From the human T2T-CHM13v2.0 reference genome, Homo sapiens: 64,000 nt of DNA. Position numbers and translations under genes: made by a program. Positions within the stretch are counted from its first letter, which is position 1. Every line of letters starts with the position of its first letter. The notes beneath the pieces are model-generated. The model saw only the letters and a program-made list of their open reading frames with translations, ran no database searches and had not been told where the DNA came from. The stretch lies in NCBI RefSeq assembly GCF_009914755.1, contig NC_060925.1. One strand, written 5' to 3'. Below are positions 63,880 to 64,000 of the stretch, piece after piece.

Positions 63880-64000
63880 TTTTATTCTATTTATTTATTT
63901 AGAGACAGAGTCTCCTGTTTGTTGCCCAGGCTGGAGTGCAGTGGTGCGATCTTGGCTCACTGCAGCCTCTGCCTTAGGGTTCAAGTGATTCTCCTGCCTC
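63880..64000 (-). mobile_element. Alu, truncated by window end
   Basis: Reverse right arm. Confidence 0.85.

Overview
Human genomic DNA, recognisable as the chr1q32.1 LGR6-UBE2T-PPP1R12B interval. It holds three genes. (1) The 3' half of LGR6 on +: 11 coding exons, inferred to be exons 8-18, encoding LRRs, hinge and 7TM, with the stop at 19312. (2) The complete UBE2T/FANCT gene on -: non-coding exon 1 plus 6 coding exons that sum to 594 nt (197 aa), convergent with LGR6. (3) The CpG-island promoter, exon 1 and start of intron 1 of PPP1R12B/MYPT2 on +, divergent from UBE2T. The rest is about 45 Alus plus MIR, L1, L2, MaLR LTR and Tigger relics; nearly all other entries in the ORF track are Alu or chance ORFs. 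I found no convincing new multi-gene system. The most notable structures are: two identical, directly oriented AluYa5 copies bracketing UBE2T exons 2-6 (a known Fanconi anaemia NAHR substrate); a perfect copy of a real LGR6 splice donor inside the terminal exon that could define an in-frame exitron removing the 7TM (hypothesis); a nested AluY with a twin-priming-type inversion; a templated-insertion repair scar; and a strong-Kozak uORF/YY1 site plus three ZNF143-type motifs at PPP1R12B. Repeat subfamily calls and repeat boundaries were made by eye.
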